Notes: generated from the sequence alone by a model not told the origin. A stretch of 32,000 bases of DNA from Rubeoparvulum massiliense (GCF_001049895.1 NZ_CVPE01000006.1:672503-704502), one strand, 5' to 3'; counted from the stretch's first letter, positions 19,454 through 28,395 are shown. Numbers and translations: made by a program.

Positions 19454-20416
19454 CTAACGTAATGCCTGAACAATAGTATTCACATTATGACGGAACATCC
19501 CGAGGAAGGTGCCTTCTGGTGTACCTGCTTCCCCCATGGCATCGGAGAAAAGCTCGCCTCCAATTTTCACCTCATGTCCTTGTACCTTGGCTCCTTCAAC
19601 TACTGCTTCAATGGCGGTTGGTGGGACACTCGACTCGATGAAGACCGCTTTAATCTTCCGTTCCACTAACATCTCTACAAGATTCTGAACATCCATCACA
19701 CCATACTCAGCATCGGTACTGATCCCCTGCAGACCCACTACTTCCATCCCATATGCTTCGCCAAAATACCCAAAGGCATCATGGGCGGTGACCAAGACAC
19801 GGGACTCTTCAGGAATAGTGGCAATGCTCTCTAAAGCATACTGATGTAATTCTTCGAGCTGTGTCATGTATGCCTCAGCATTCTGCTCGAAATCTGCTCG
19901 ATGCTCGGGAGCTAGCTCAATCAGTCCATCGCGAACCCGTTCAGCTGCTCTCTTCCAGAGATTAAGATCAAACCAAATATGGGGATCATAGTGACCAGCA
20001 AATGCTTCTGGCTCCATCAATTCCTCATCGCCTAAGTATTCTGAAACAGCGATGGCTGGCTTTTGACTCGCCATGCGCACAAAGATATCAGCCATCTTTC
20101 CTTCTAAATTAAGCCCGTTATAAAAAATGATTTCGGCAGCTTCCATCTTGGCAATATCCCCTTGCGATGCTTTATAAAGATGAGGGTCAACACCAGGTCC
20201 CATTAAACCACGGACCTCAACATACTCACCGCCTACCTGTTCTACCATATCTGCAATCTGCCCAATGGTGGTCACAACGATGATCTTCCCATCGCTGTCC
20301 CCAGTATTTTCCCCTCTTTGCTGAACACTGTCAGAACTACATCCTACGCTAATCAACAACATCCCAATTAATAATAATGATAGTATGGCTTGCTTACTCT
20401 TCTTCAATGGACTCAC
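19454..20416 (-). CDS. Metal ABC transporter substrate-binding lipoprotein (TroA/ZnuA/MntA family)
   Basis: Lipobox ISVGC, GVDPHLYKASQGD, DPHIWFDLNLWKRA; no His-rich loop, which slightly favours Mn over Zn. Confidence 0.92.
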   Translation of the reverse strand: MSPLKKSKQAILSLLLIGMLLISVGCSSDSVQQRGENTGDSDGKIIVVTTIGQIADMVEQVGGEYVEVRGLMGPGVDPHLYKASQGDIAKMEAAEIIFYNGLNLEGKMADIFVRMASQKPAIAVSEYLGDEELMEPEAFAGHYDPHIWFDLNLWKRAAERVRDGLIELAPEHRADFEQNAEAYMTQLEELHQYALESIATIPEESRVLVTAHDAFGYFGEAYGMEVVGLQGISTDAEYGVMDVQNLVEMLVERKIKAVFIESSVPPTAIEAVVEGAKVQGHEVKIGGELFSDAMGEAGTPEGTFLGMFRHNVNTIVQALR

Positions 20417-20553
20417 CTCTCCTTAAATACATTGTTCAATAACCACGATTCATTCATACTTCTTTCACATTTGTCCGCATATGGGAATGTATCTTTCCCT
20501 CATGCAAATTTTTAATGAAAAAAAATTTAGAAATCCGCCCTTGGTTATTTAAT

Positions 20554-20582
20554 ATTGTATGATAATCATTCTCAATTTGCAA
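20554..20582 (-). promoter_or_regulatory. Promoter of metal ABC operon with Fur-family box in the spacer
   Basis: Minus strand TTGCAA-17 bp-TACAAT; 20560-20574 TGATAATCATTCTCA matches 14/15 of TGATAATNATTATCA. Confidence 0.75.
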
Positions 20583-20644
20583 TAGTAAAATAAAGTTTCG
20601 TACAGGAAACTATTCAAACTATTGAACTTATTTTAACGTAGTTT

Positions 20645-20751
20645 TTACTCACCTTGAATCCACGTAAACGTTGCAAATTTCAATGCTTCATACGTCTGCA
20701 ATTCATCCACTTGGTCTGATGAATCATTCTGGATCATCACACTTCCATTAC
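20645..20751 (-). pseudogene. Displaced 3' end of ABC ATPase gene, separated from 22436..23045 by the IS element
   Basis: Minus-strand reading RNGSVMIQNDSSDQVDELQTYEALKFATFTWIQGE* joins in frame to ...ADVKYEV at 22436 when 20752-22435 is removed. Confidence 0.85.
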
Positions 20752-20767
20752 CGATTTTCCGAACGTG

Positions 20768-20808
20768 AAAGCCCACTATTGTGCGATAGCACACCCTTTA
20801 GGGGTGGG
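20768..20808 (+). repeat. IS left-end structure: AAAG guide + subterminal hairpin (CCCAC...GTGGG)
   Basis: AAAG immediately 5' of the hairpin foot, as in IS608-type left ends. Confidence 0.7.
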
Positions 20809-20812
20809 ATGA

Positions 20813-20894
20813 AAGTGAGGTTGGATACGGAATATCACAGGAAACCGTATGTTAGTGGTACTGCAAGTATCCAAAACGTAACCTCACTTTTTTT
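20813..20894 (+). terminator. Large hairpin with T7 tail inside the IS, upstream of tnpA
   Basis: AAGTGAGGTT-GGATAC ... GTATCC-aaaacgt-AACCTCACTT followed by TTTTTTT; internal alternative pairing ATACGG/CCGTAT. Confidence 0.7.
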
Positions 20895-20941
20895 CATATC
20901 TCATTGCTGTAGTTTTATTAATCAACCGATACAATGTGCAT

Positions 20942-21195
20942 ATGAACGAATACAGACGAACAAACACAACCGTATCATTAAATAAGTATCATTTCGTTTT
21001 TTTGCCCTCGATATAGAAGGAAAATATTCCTTCGTGCTGATGTAGAGAAACGCTTCAAACAGTTGGTACAAGAAATATGTGAAGAATTAGAAGCTGTCAT
21101 TGTTGCTTTAGAGTGTGATAAAGACCATACACATATGTTTCTAAATGCACTGCCAACACTTAGTCCTGCTGGTATAATGGCAAAAAACAAGGGGG
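20942..21195 (+). pseudogene. tnpA: Decayed Y1/HUH transposase TnpA (IS200-like), frameshifted and C-terminally truncated
   Basis: MNEYRRTNTTVSLNKYHFVF then frameshift at T7 (20997-21003), continuing RYRRKIFLRADVEKRFKQLVQEICEELEAVIVALECDKDHTHMFLNALPTLSPAGIMAK. The HUH motif (HTH) is present; the C-terminal part with the catalytic Tyr is missing. Confidence 0.85.
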
Positions 21196-21204
21196 GTGAA
21201 ACGT

Positions 21205-22281
21205 ATGTCACAAACAATCACAGTGAAAGTCAAATTGCTTCCAACAAAAGAACAAACCTCTATCTTAACCGCTATGGGCAAAGAATATATCTCTACAATG
21301 AACACACTTGTTTCTGAAATGGTCGCTGAAAAGAAAAGCACGAAAAAGACGACAAAAGATGTCCCTGCACATCTTCCAAGTGCAGTGAAAAACCAAGCAA
21401 TTCAAGATGCAAAAAGCGTGTTTCAAAAAGTGAAGAAAAGTAAATACACGATGATTCCTATCCTCAAGAAACCTGTTTGCGTATGGAATAACCAAAACTA
21501 TTCATTGGACTCCTCTTATATCAATCTACCTTTGATGATGGATGGAAAAGCAAAGAAAGTGCCTATTCGTGCATTGTTGGTGGATAAACATAACCGTACT
21601 TTCGATTTGTTGAAGCACCAATTAGGTACACTTCGTATCACAAAAAAATCAAACAAATGGATTGCACAAATTTCCGTCACCATTCCTAGAAGTGAAGAAA
21701 CAGGAACAAAGACAATGGGCGTAGATTTAGGTTTGAAAGTCCCTGCGGTTGCGGTAACAGAGGATGAAAAGGTCCGTTTCTTTGGGAATGGCAGACAGAA
21801 CAAGTATGTCCGACGTATGTTCAAATCCAAACGCAAGAAATTAGGGAAACTAAAGAAATTAAACGCCATTCGCAATCTCGATGATAAAGAACAACGATAT
21901 ATGAAAGACCAAGACCACAAGGTTAGCCGTGCAATCATCAATTTTGCTAAAGAAAATAAGATTTCTGTCATTCGCTTAGAACAATTAGCGAACATCCGAC
22001 AGACGGCAAGAACAAGCCGTAAAAACGAAAAGAATTTGCACAACTGGTCATTCTATCGCTTGTCTCAATTTATTGAATACAAAGCGAATTTAGCGGGTAT
22101 TAAAGTGGAGTATGTGAATCCTGCCTACACAAGTCAAACATGTCCAAAGTGTTCCGCTAAAAATAAGGCACAGGACCGGAAATATACATGCGAATGTGGC
22201 TTCCAGAAACATAGGGATTTAGTCGGTGCGATGAATATTCGATACGCACCTGTGATTGATGGTCATAGTCAATCAGCCTAA
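21205..22281 (+). CDS. tnpB: RNA-guided nuclease-like TnpB (IS605 OrfB), catalytic residues apparently intact
   Basis: RuvC motifs GVDLGLKVPAVAV (D), IRLEQLANIRQ (E), HRDLVGAMNIR (D); zinc ribbon CPKC...CECG; ATG 21205 preceded by AAGGGGGGTG. Confidence 0.95.
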   Translation: MSQTITVKVKLLPTKEQTSILTAMGKEYISTMNTLVSEMVAEKKSTKKTTKDVPAHLPSAVKNQAIQDAKSVFQKVKKSKYTMIPILKKPVCVWNNQNYSLDSSYINLPLMMDGKAKKVPIRALLVDKHNRTFDLLKHQLGTLRITKKSNKWIAQISVTIPRSEETGTKTMGVDLGLKVPAVAVTEDEKVRFFGNGRQNKYVRRMFKSKRKKLGKLKKLNAIRNLDDKEQRYMKDQDHKVSRAIINFAKENKISVIRLEQLANIRQTARTSRKNEKNLHNWSFYRLSQFIEYKANLAGIKVEYVNPAYTSQTCPKCSAKNKAQDRKYTCECGFQKHRDLVGAMNIRYAPVIDGHSQSA

Positions 22282-22435
22282 GATGCTAGATGCACTGTCT
22301 TAGGAGGGGCAATGAGATGCCCTCATCTTGCAGGCTGTTCAAAACAGAAATGGACTGCGAACGCTTAGTCATGCAAGAATCCCACCCGGATACCGTAAGG
22401 TAGAGGGCTTGCGTCTTTAGACGTGGGAGTCTCAA
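22282..22435 (+). ncRNA. Putative omegaRNA (reRNA) scaffold at IS right end; guide would be the flanking host sequence from 22436
   Basis: Stems CCTAAGA/TCTTAGG and GAGGGGCA/TGCCCTC, then terminal CCCAC/GTGGG hairpin ending at TCAA; position 3' of tnpB. The 5' end is uncertain and may lie within tnpB. Confidence 0.65.
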
Positions 22436-23045
22436 GGACCTCATACTTCACATCAGCTAGCAATTGAATATCGTCCTTATTATGACTCGCAATGAGAATG
22501 GTCGCTCCTCGCTTCCGTTCCTCTCTTAAAATTGTTCTTACAAGCTGAAGACCCTCTTCATCCAATGCATTGGTAGGCTCATCGAGCACTAATAAGTCAG
22601 GAGCTTCCATCACTGCTTGAGCAATGGCAAGTCGTTGCTTCATACCTAGCGAGTATTTTTTTACAGGACGACGATCTTCTGGCTCCAAACCAACTCGGCG
22701 AATCGCTGCCTTAATCTCTTCCAAGCTAATCTTTTGCTGAATTGATGCAAGAATCTTCAGATTTTCTAGCCCTGTATACTCCTCCCAGAATGCTGGGTTT
22801 TCAATAATCACCCCAATGCTTTCTGGAAAGGAAATATCATGGTATAGTTGCTTTCCATTGAATAGAATCGTGCCACTGCTTGGCTTAATTAAGCCGCTGA
22901 TCGCACGAAATAACATGGTCTTCCCTAATCCGTTCCGACCAAAGAATCCATAGATAGTTGCACGCTCCAATGTTAGATTAATATCTTGGAGAATAGGCTG
23001 TTTCTTAATCACTTTACTAACTTCGATTAACTGTACTACACTCAT
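22365..23045 (-). pseudogene. ABC transporter ATP-binding protein (bacitracin/lantibiotic-export type), C-terminus disrupted by IS
   Basis: GRNGLGKTML, YSLGMKQRLAIAQA, LLVLDEPTNALD. The last 20+ residues (LETPTSKDASPLPYGIRVGFLHD) are read from the IS right end. Confidence 0.88.
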
Positions 23046-23059
23046 TGAAAATCACCTCC

Positions 23060-23667
23060 TCAGATCAGATCCATTTGATTGAAACGCCTGTTTCCTATGA
23101 AGACGATAATAAGTAACCCAATGAGCAAAAAGCTTAGTGAATCGATGAGATGGAATCCGACAATATGATAGTTCAACTCCAAGACCATGGGAGTAAGAGC
23201 AATCGGATCATGCCATGCATACAAGGTATGTACAAAGGGGAGCCAAAGTAACAATCCTTCCAGCATCGGAAGCCATTCAATCAACAGTCCCGCCAATAAT
23301 ACTGAACATAGCTGGAAAACTGTCACAATGACGAACCCATGAAATAGATCCATGAATAGTGAAAGTACATACATACCCCATAAGAGAAGAGTCAACATCA
23401 ATACCTGGAAGAAATAGATCCATAGAATCACCACGATACTATTTCCATCTTCCACAGGTGCCCAGCCCATCATCAAGCCCCCAAAAATTACAACAATCCA
23501 TTGAATCCCAAGATAGATGGACACATGGAGCAATCCCTGCCTTAAATGGCGATATCTTGTACATCGCCAGCATACATATACATATTGGTGAAGTACCAGC
23601 TGTTGAACAGGGCAAAGAGTATGGCGCCAATGATAAGAGGTCATATTTTTTTCAACCGATTCTCCAT
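23060..23667 (-). pseudogene. ABC-2 type permease, decayed (nonsense + frameshift near N-terminus)
   Basis: ATG 23667 gives MENRLKKI-TGA(23641-23643)-PLIIGAILFALFNSWYFTNMYMYAGDVQDIAI-TAA(23542-23544). The rest continues in another frame as QGLLHVSIYLGIQWIVVIFGG... Confidence 0.7.
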
Positions 23668-23669
23668 GA

Positions 23670-24506
23670 TTATTCACCCCAGCGAATATCCATTGCTCTG
23701 AAATATCTTTTCCCCAGCCACCATAGAAGCATGATCAATATTAGTAGAAAGATCAAAATTGCCACGGATTGAAGTTGTAGCATCATCAGATGGTATATTA
23801 GAACCAGTAAAAAACAGCCTAATAATTGAGATAACCATCCTTGCAACATGAATAGAAGGAAGAAAAGATCGATCTCCTTCCCATAACCAGTGAAGATAAT
23901 GAGCAGCAGTACAAGGAGATGAAAAGAAAGAGTGAGCGTAACAAGATAGAAGCCTGAACCTCTTAGTTGAAAGCTCCATAGTTGCTCGGGTGTCATGCGT
24001 ACAACAATCTGAATCCGATTGGCCATCCGCGTAAGCTTACTTATATTCAAGATGACTAAGGGGGTTATAAAAAATAGAAAAAGCGGATATAGAATGATCC
24101 TTATAGACAGACGACAGACCCCTCCACTTTATGAATAAAAGACTACTTAATAACAAAAATACAAGCCAAGCGCCCAGCACCCAAATGCTACCTGTATTTC
24201 CCATCAATAAATTGGTTAACTTATGGCGAAATCCTCCGAGGACATCCAATGCAATATCCACTACCAAATATCCAAGAAAAACACCACCCAAGAGGATAAA
24301 ACGTCCCTGATTGAATACGAAGTAGAGAGAATAGATAAACAGTGCTAAGAGTGCCCCAGTGATAGCGATTAAGAAAGAATAGATCAACTGGTAGAGCAAG
24401 GGATGTTGAAGCTACCAATGGAAAATAGTAATAATAGGAGAAAAGAGAATAGGAATTCGTTTCTTTGAACGTAGTGCCTTAGTTCTATCAAGACCATTCT
24501 TTTCAT
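23670..24506 (-). pseudogene. ABC-2 type membrane protein region, broken across three frames
   Basis: MKRMVLIELRHYVQRNEFLFSFLLLLLFSIGSFNIP (start 24506), then LLYQLIYSFLIAITGALLALFIY... in a second frame, then IRIILYPLFLFFITPLVILNISKLTRMANRIQ... in a third. It could be one or two original genes. Confidence 0.6.
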
Positions 24507-24668
24507 GTCTCTCTCTTCTCCTCTGTATATTATTATCAAGTATTTTCTATATACAAACACTTTTAACAAACATAATCAAATATATGGAATTACTACTAGT
24601 TTTAGATAATTAGAACCCCCTCTTCCACTGAAAAGGGGGTTCTCTTACCATTCCATTCATTTCTCTAC

Positions 24669-25961
24669 TTATTTCCTTGCATGGGTTCCCATCTTTTTTT
24701 CTAATCGTACCAAGCGTTTAATTAACTCTTCCTCTTGACGGACAGTTCGTGCTGTGGTAAGTGTTTGCTTCAATCTGCTGAGACCATCCCAGGTATAGGT
24801 GAAGGCACTGCCATAATCATTCTGCTGATGCTCATAATACTTGGCCAGTTCTACATAGGGCTCCAAGGTGAAAGGCCGATTCTCGTCGAGACATTCCTGC
24901 CATAGGGTAACCGCATTGGGCCAGTCAGCATTTCTCTTATAAAATCGAGCGAGGGTTAATCGGTGTGCCACCCAATCCTCAGCATTGTCTACTGTTAAAG
25001 AATGAGTATAATAGCGCTCGGCTTGCTGATTTTTCTTCCGATCCTCATGGATTCTCCCCAATGCCACCGACTCATACGGTGTTGGTAAGACATATGAACC
25101 AGCCCCCATCTCGTCGTGAGAGTTGGACTCCATTTGCAGTAGGGTATAGAGATGGTGGAACAAGGTGACAAGGGAAAGGATATCCCATTCATTATGCTGA
25201 AAGACTGGGAAAAGACCCGTACTATCTCCTTCATTGACAAACTTGAAGTAGCGCTCCGGTACCTCTCGTCCTGGAACATCATCATGACGTATGACACCTA
25301 ACTTATCCTCTTCAATCTGCGCTAAAGAGCAGTTGTCCAGCTCCTTACGCCAGAGACGGCGTGCCATATAGAGGAGATCCAGCTGACGAGGCTGCTCTGT
25401 TAGATGAATACGTTGATAGAGCAGCCGGGTCTGCAGTAGATTCCAATCGAAGGCTTTTCCATTAAAGGAGGTAACAACGGGAAAGGCTTGCAGTCGCTCC
25501 ACGAATGCGGTGAGAAAGGCATGCTCCCCCTCCCAATGAGGCAGGAACCATTGCTCGAACCGAAAGCCCTCCGCTGTAAAATAGCCGAAGCCTAGGAGAA
25601 AGATGAGCGTACCACTTCCTTGGGATAAGCCTGTGGTTTCTGTATCAAAGAAGAGCAACTGCTGAAGCCATGGTTTCTTCTCATCCACCACTTTGGGAAG
25701 AAACGGATAGATTGTAGCAATCTGCTGTAAATCGATGTCATAGGCTTGTGCCAGCTGCATCTTTCCATGCTGTGTATTCAAGGGATATAGATAAGAACGC
25801 CCTACAAAGCTGCCATCCTCTCCCTGGAAAAGCTGAAACTTTGCAGACGTGAACTCTGTCCCAAGCTTCAGCTCCTCCCGCTGTGTATTTCCTTGTTTAT
25901 GGGAAGGAGATGATGAGGGCTTTGGGACCATGCGTTGTAATCGTTCACGCAAATTCAACAC
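24669..25961 (-). CDS. mrfB: MrfB/YprB-like 3'-5' exonuclease (RNase H-like, DEDD)
   Basis: LLFFDTETTGLS exonuclease motif, FNGKAFDWNLL, C-terminal TPR-like region; adjacent to the mrfA homologue. Confidence 0.88.
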   Translation of the reverse strand: MLNLRERLQRMVPKPSSSPSHKQGNTQREELKLGTEFTSAKFQLFQGEDGSFVGRSYLYPLNTQHGKMQLAQAYDIDLQQIATIYPFLPKVVDEKKPWLQQLLFFDTETTGLSQGSGTLIFLLGFGYFTAEGFRFEQWFLPHWEGEHAFLTAFVERLQAFPVVTSFNGKAFDWNLLQTRLLYQRIHLTEQPRQLDLLYMARRLWRKELDNCSLAQIEEDKLGVIRHDDVPGREVPERYFKFVNEGDSTGLFPVFQHNEWDILSLVTLFHHLYTLLQMESNSHDEMGAGSYVLPTPYESVALGRIHEDRKKNQQAERYYTHSLTVDNAEDWVAHRLTLARFYKRNADWPNAVTLWQECLDENRPFTLEPYVELAKYYEHQQNDYGSAFTYTWDGLSRLKQTLTTARTVRQEEELIKRLVRLEKKMGTHARK

Positions 25962-25964
25962 CCA

Positions 25965-28265
25965 TCATCCTTCCACCAAGCGTTTTAATAAATGAAGGGC
26001 ATCACCTTTACCTGTCAAGCCTGTTTCTTCAACAGGCCCTGTACAGGATGGGCAACCCTGGGAACAACCACAATCCTTAATCAACTGGATGGCATGCTGT
26101 AATAAGGCATGTTCTACCTGAAAAAGGTGCTCGCTTAAGCCCACACCACCGGGATAGCGATCGTAGAAAAAGATTGTGGGCAGTCCCGAATGAACGGCTT
26201 TTACCTGTGCTACCACACGGATATCCATGGGATCAGACATCACGTAGAGAGGGGCAATACTTTGTAAGAGATGGGCCACCCCCACCAGTGCCTGACGTAA
26301 GCGATCCTCAGACCACCCCAGTTCTTGCAGCTCCTCTGCCTTGAGAGCAATCCAATAGGAAGAGGTATGTATCTCCTGTTCTGGGAGATGGATGGGGCCA
26401 GAGCCGATATTCTCATGGGTATTAAATTTGATCTTTTTGAAGATGGTGGCCATGGCATTAACCGTCACATCACCATAATGACTGGCGTGAAAGGTATGAT
26501 CCTGCCCGGTGAACTCTTCCAATACCTTCAGCTGAACAGCAAGATTGGCATCGGTGTAATAATCCACATCCACCTGGCGAACATAGGCCTTCTTCTCTTC
26601 ATAATCTAGCTTCTCCACTTGATATTGCACACCTTCATGGAGGTAGATGGCCTCCTCATGTACTAAGGTGAGGGCACTAAAACGATCCACCTCGCCCAGA
26701 ACCTTGGTCTGCCCCGTGATGGTGATGTCAATAATCACTACATTCTCCTGGGCAGTGCTACGAAGGCTAATATTATGGGCTGGAAATGAGGAGTTGGACC
26801 AATAGTAGCGGGCGCCTGAATGATGAAGAATTCCTTCTTCTACTAAAAATTGTGCAACTTCATCCACAGGTAGCGTACCAAAGGATTCCCCTTCTTCAAA
26901 GGGGAGCTCATAGGCTGCACATTTTACATGATCGACGAGAATGATTAGATTGTCTGGATTGATCCGTGCCTGTTCAGGCGTCCCCTCTAGAAAGAAATCG
27001 GGGTGCTGAATCACAAATTGGTCCAAGGGATTGGAGCTGGCCACGAGAAAGACGATGGAGGTCTCCATGCGGCGGCCCGCCCTTCCTGCCTGCTGCCAGG
27101 TGCTGGCAATGGAACCAGGATAGCCGGTCAAGACACAGGCCTGTAGCTGACCAATATCGATCCCGAGCTCTAAGGCATTGGTGCTCACCACACCTTGAAT
27201 CTCTCCTGATCGTAAGCCACGCTCAATTTCTCGGCGGAGCTTGGGCAGATAGCCGCCACGATAGCCCCGGATCCGCTTGCTTCCAAGTTCCTTACTGGTC
27301 AGTGCCTGAAGGTAAGTAAGGAGCAGCTCCACCTGTACACGACTACGGGCGAACACAATGGTTTGGATCTCATTTTTCAAGAGTAGGGCTGCTAATTGCT
27401 GTGCTTCCAACAGGCTACTTCTTCGAATCCCCAATGTAGGGTTCACTACTGGTGGATTATAGAAGACAAAATGCTTCTCCCCACGTGGTGCCCCATTATC
27501 ATTGATGACTTGGACAGGTTCCTCGATTAAGCGTTCCACATGCTCCTGGGGATTGGCGATGGTGGCAGATGCGCAGATAATCTGGGGATCGGAGCCATAG
27601 TAGCGGGCGATCCTTTTTAAGCGACGCAGTACGTTGGCTACATGACTGCCAAAAACCCCACGATAGCTATGGACCTCATCGATCACAATATAATGAAGGT
27701 TTTCAAACATCTGAATCCACTTGGTATGATGGGGGAGGATGGCTGAATGGAGCATGTCGGGATTGGTGATAACGATATGCCCGCCCTTGCGAATCACCTG
27801 GCGAATATTGGGTGGTGTATCACCATCATAGGTATGAGTGCGAATATCCACACCCATCAGCTCGATCCAGGATTGTAATTCAGCTAATTGATCCTGGGCC
27901 AGCGCCTTGGTTGGAAAGAGATAGAGCGCCCTTGCATCAGGGTTCTTCAAGATCCCTTGCAAAACAGGCAGATTATAGCACATGGTCTTCCCTGAGGCGG
28001 TAGGGGTAACCGTTACCACATGCTTTCCTGCTAAGACTGCTGCAAAGGCTTGGGCCTGATGGGTATAGAGCTCATGGATTCCCCGTTCCTCCAGCGTTTT
28101 TCGGAGGAAGGGATGCAATTCATTGGGAAAAGGTACCGTGCGAGCAGGCTGTGCTGGTACGGTTAGCCAATGCGTCACTTGTTCCATTAACTCTGGGATC
28201 CCTTGAATTTTTGTAATCAATTCATCTAGATTTTCCGCTTTTCCTGTGAGACGATTCATGCCCAC
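25965..28265 (-). CDS. mrfA: MrfA/YprA-like DExH helicase with C-terminal DUF1998 zinc-binding domain
   Basis: Walker A TPTASGKT, DEVH, GRAGRR, C-terminal CGCSQGCPSCTGP. Confidence 0.92.
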   Translation of the reverse strand: MGMNRLTGKAENLDELITKIQGIPELMEQVTHWLTVPAQPARTVPFPNELHPFLRKTLEERGIHELYTHQAQAFAAVLAGKHVVTVTPTASGKTMCYNLPVLQGILKNPDARALYLFPTKALAQDQLAELQSWIELMGVDIRTHTYDGDTPPNIRQVIRKGGHIVITNPDMLHSAILPHHTKWIQMFENLHYIVIDEVHSYRGVFGSHVANVLRRLKRIARYYGSDPQIICASATIANPQEHVERLIEEPVQVINDNGAPRGEKHFVFYNPPVVNPTLGIRRSSLLEAQQLAALLLKNEIQTIVFARSRVQVELLLTYLQALTSKELGSKRIRGYRGGYLPKLRREIERGLRSGEIQGVVSTNALELGIDIGQLQACVLTGYPGSIASTWQQAGRAGRRMETSIVFLVASSNPLDQFVIQHPDFFLEGTPEQARINPDNLIILVDHVKCAAYELPFEEGESFGTLPVDEVAQFLVEEGILHHSGARYYWSNSSFPAHNISLRSTAQENVVIIDITITGQTKVLGEVDRFSALTLVHEEAIYLHEGVQYQVEKLDYEEKKAYVRQVDVDYYTDANLAVQLKVLEEFTGQDHTFHASHYGDVTVNAMATIFKKIKFNTHENIGSGPIHLPEQEIHTSSYWIALKAEELQELGWSEDRLRQALVGVAHLLQSIAPLYVMSDPMDIRVVAQVKAVHSGLPTIFFYDRYPGGVGLSEHLFQVEHALLQHAIQLIKDCGCSQGCPSCTGPVEETGLTGKGDALHLLKRLVEG

Positions 28266-28273
28266 TCCCCCTG

Positions 28274-28310
28274 GGGGTCAGTCCCCCACTACACTATCGC
28301 TTTAACGCAA
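28274..28310. repeat. Palindromic repeat, partial copy A (GGGGGTCAGTCCCCC...CTTTAACGC)
   Basis: Shares left arm and TTTAACGC core with copies B-D; right arm absent. Confidence 0.65.
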
Positions 28311-28395
28311 TAATGTAGGTAGAGTTGATCCCATTACTTGAGAACAGTTATTCGTATCTTTTATTGTAGTGAATCTTCGCCATTTGATCAATAAA

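Larger units (their letters stand above)
20752..22435 (+). mobile_element. IS200/IS605 family insertion (IS605-like, degenerate tnpA + intact tnpB), target TTAC
   Basis: Left end TTAC|CGATTTTCC...AAAG-CCCAC hairpin GTGGG; right end GAAT-CCCAC hairpin GTGGG-AGTC-TCAA|; excision restores the ABC ATPase ORF; no target-site duplication. Confidence 0.88.

Noticed and set aside
20645-20800. Possible small antitoxin (VGFHVRKIGNGSVMIQND... reading looked MazE/AbrB-like)
   Set aside because: The FHVRKI part comes from the IS left end. The true frame joins the ABC ATPase as YEVRNGSVMIQND once the IS is removed.
23060-23677. Treating 23060..23677 as an intact permease starting at GTG 23677
   Set aside because: Its first roughly 45 residues are Cys/His/Arg/Tyr-rich and unlike a membrane protein. 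The alternative frame gives a proper TM helix, so a lesion is more likely.
24965-27319. Short plus-strand ORFs opposite mrfB/mrfA (24965..25168, 26325..26609, 26966..27319)
   Set aside because: Low-complexity antisense translations of confident genes.
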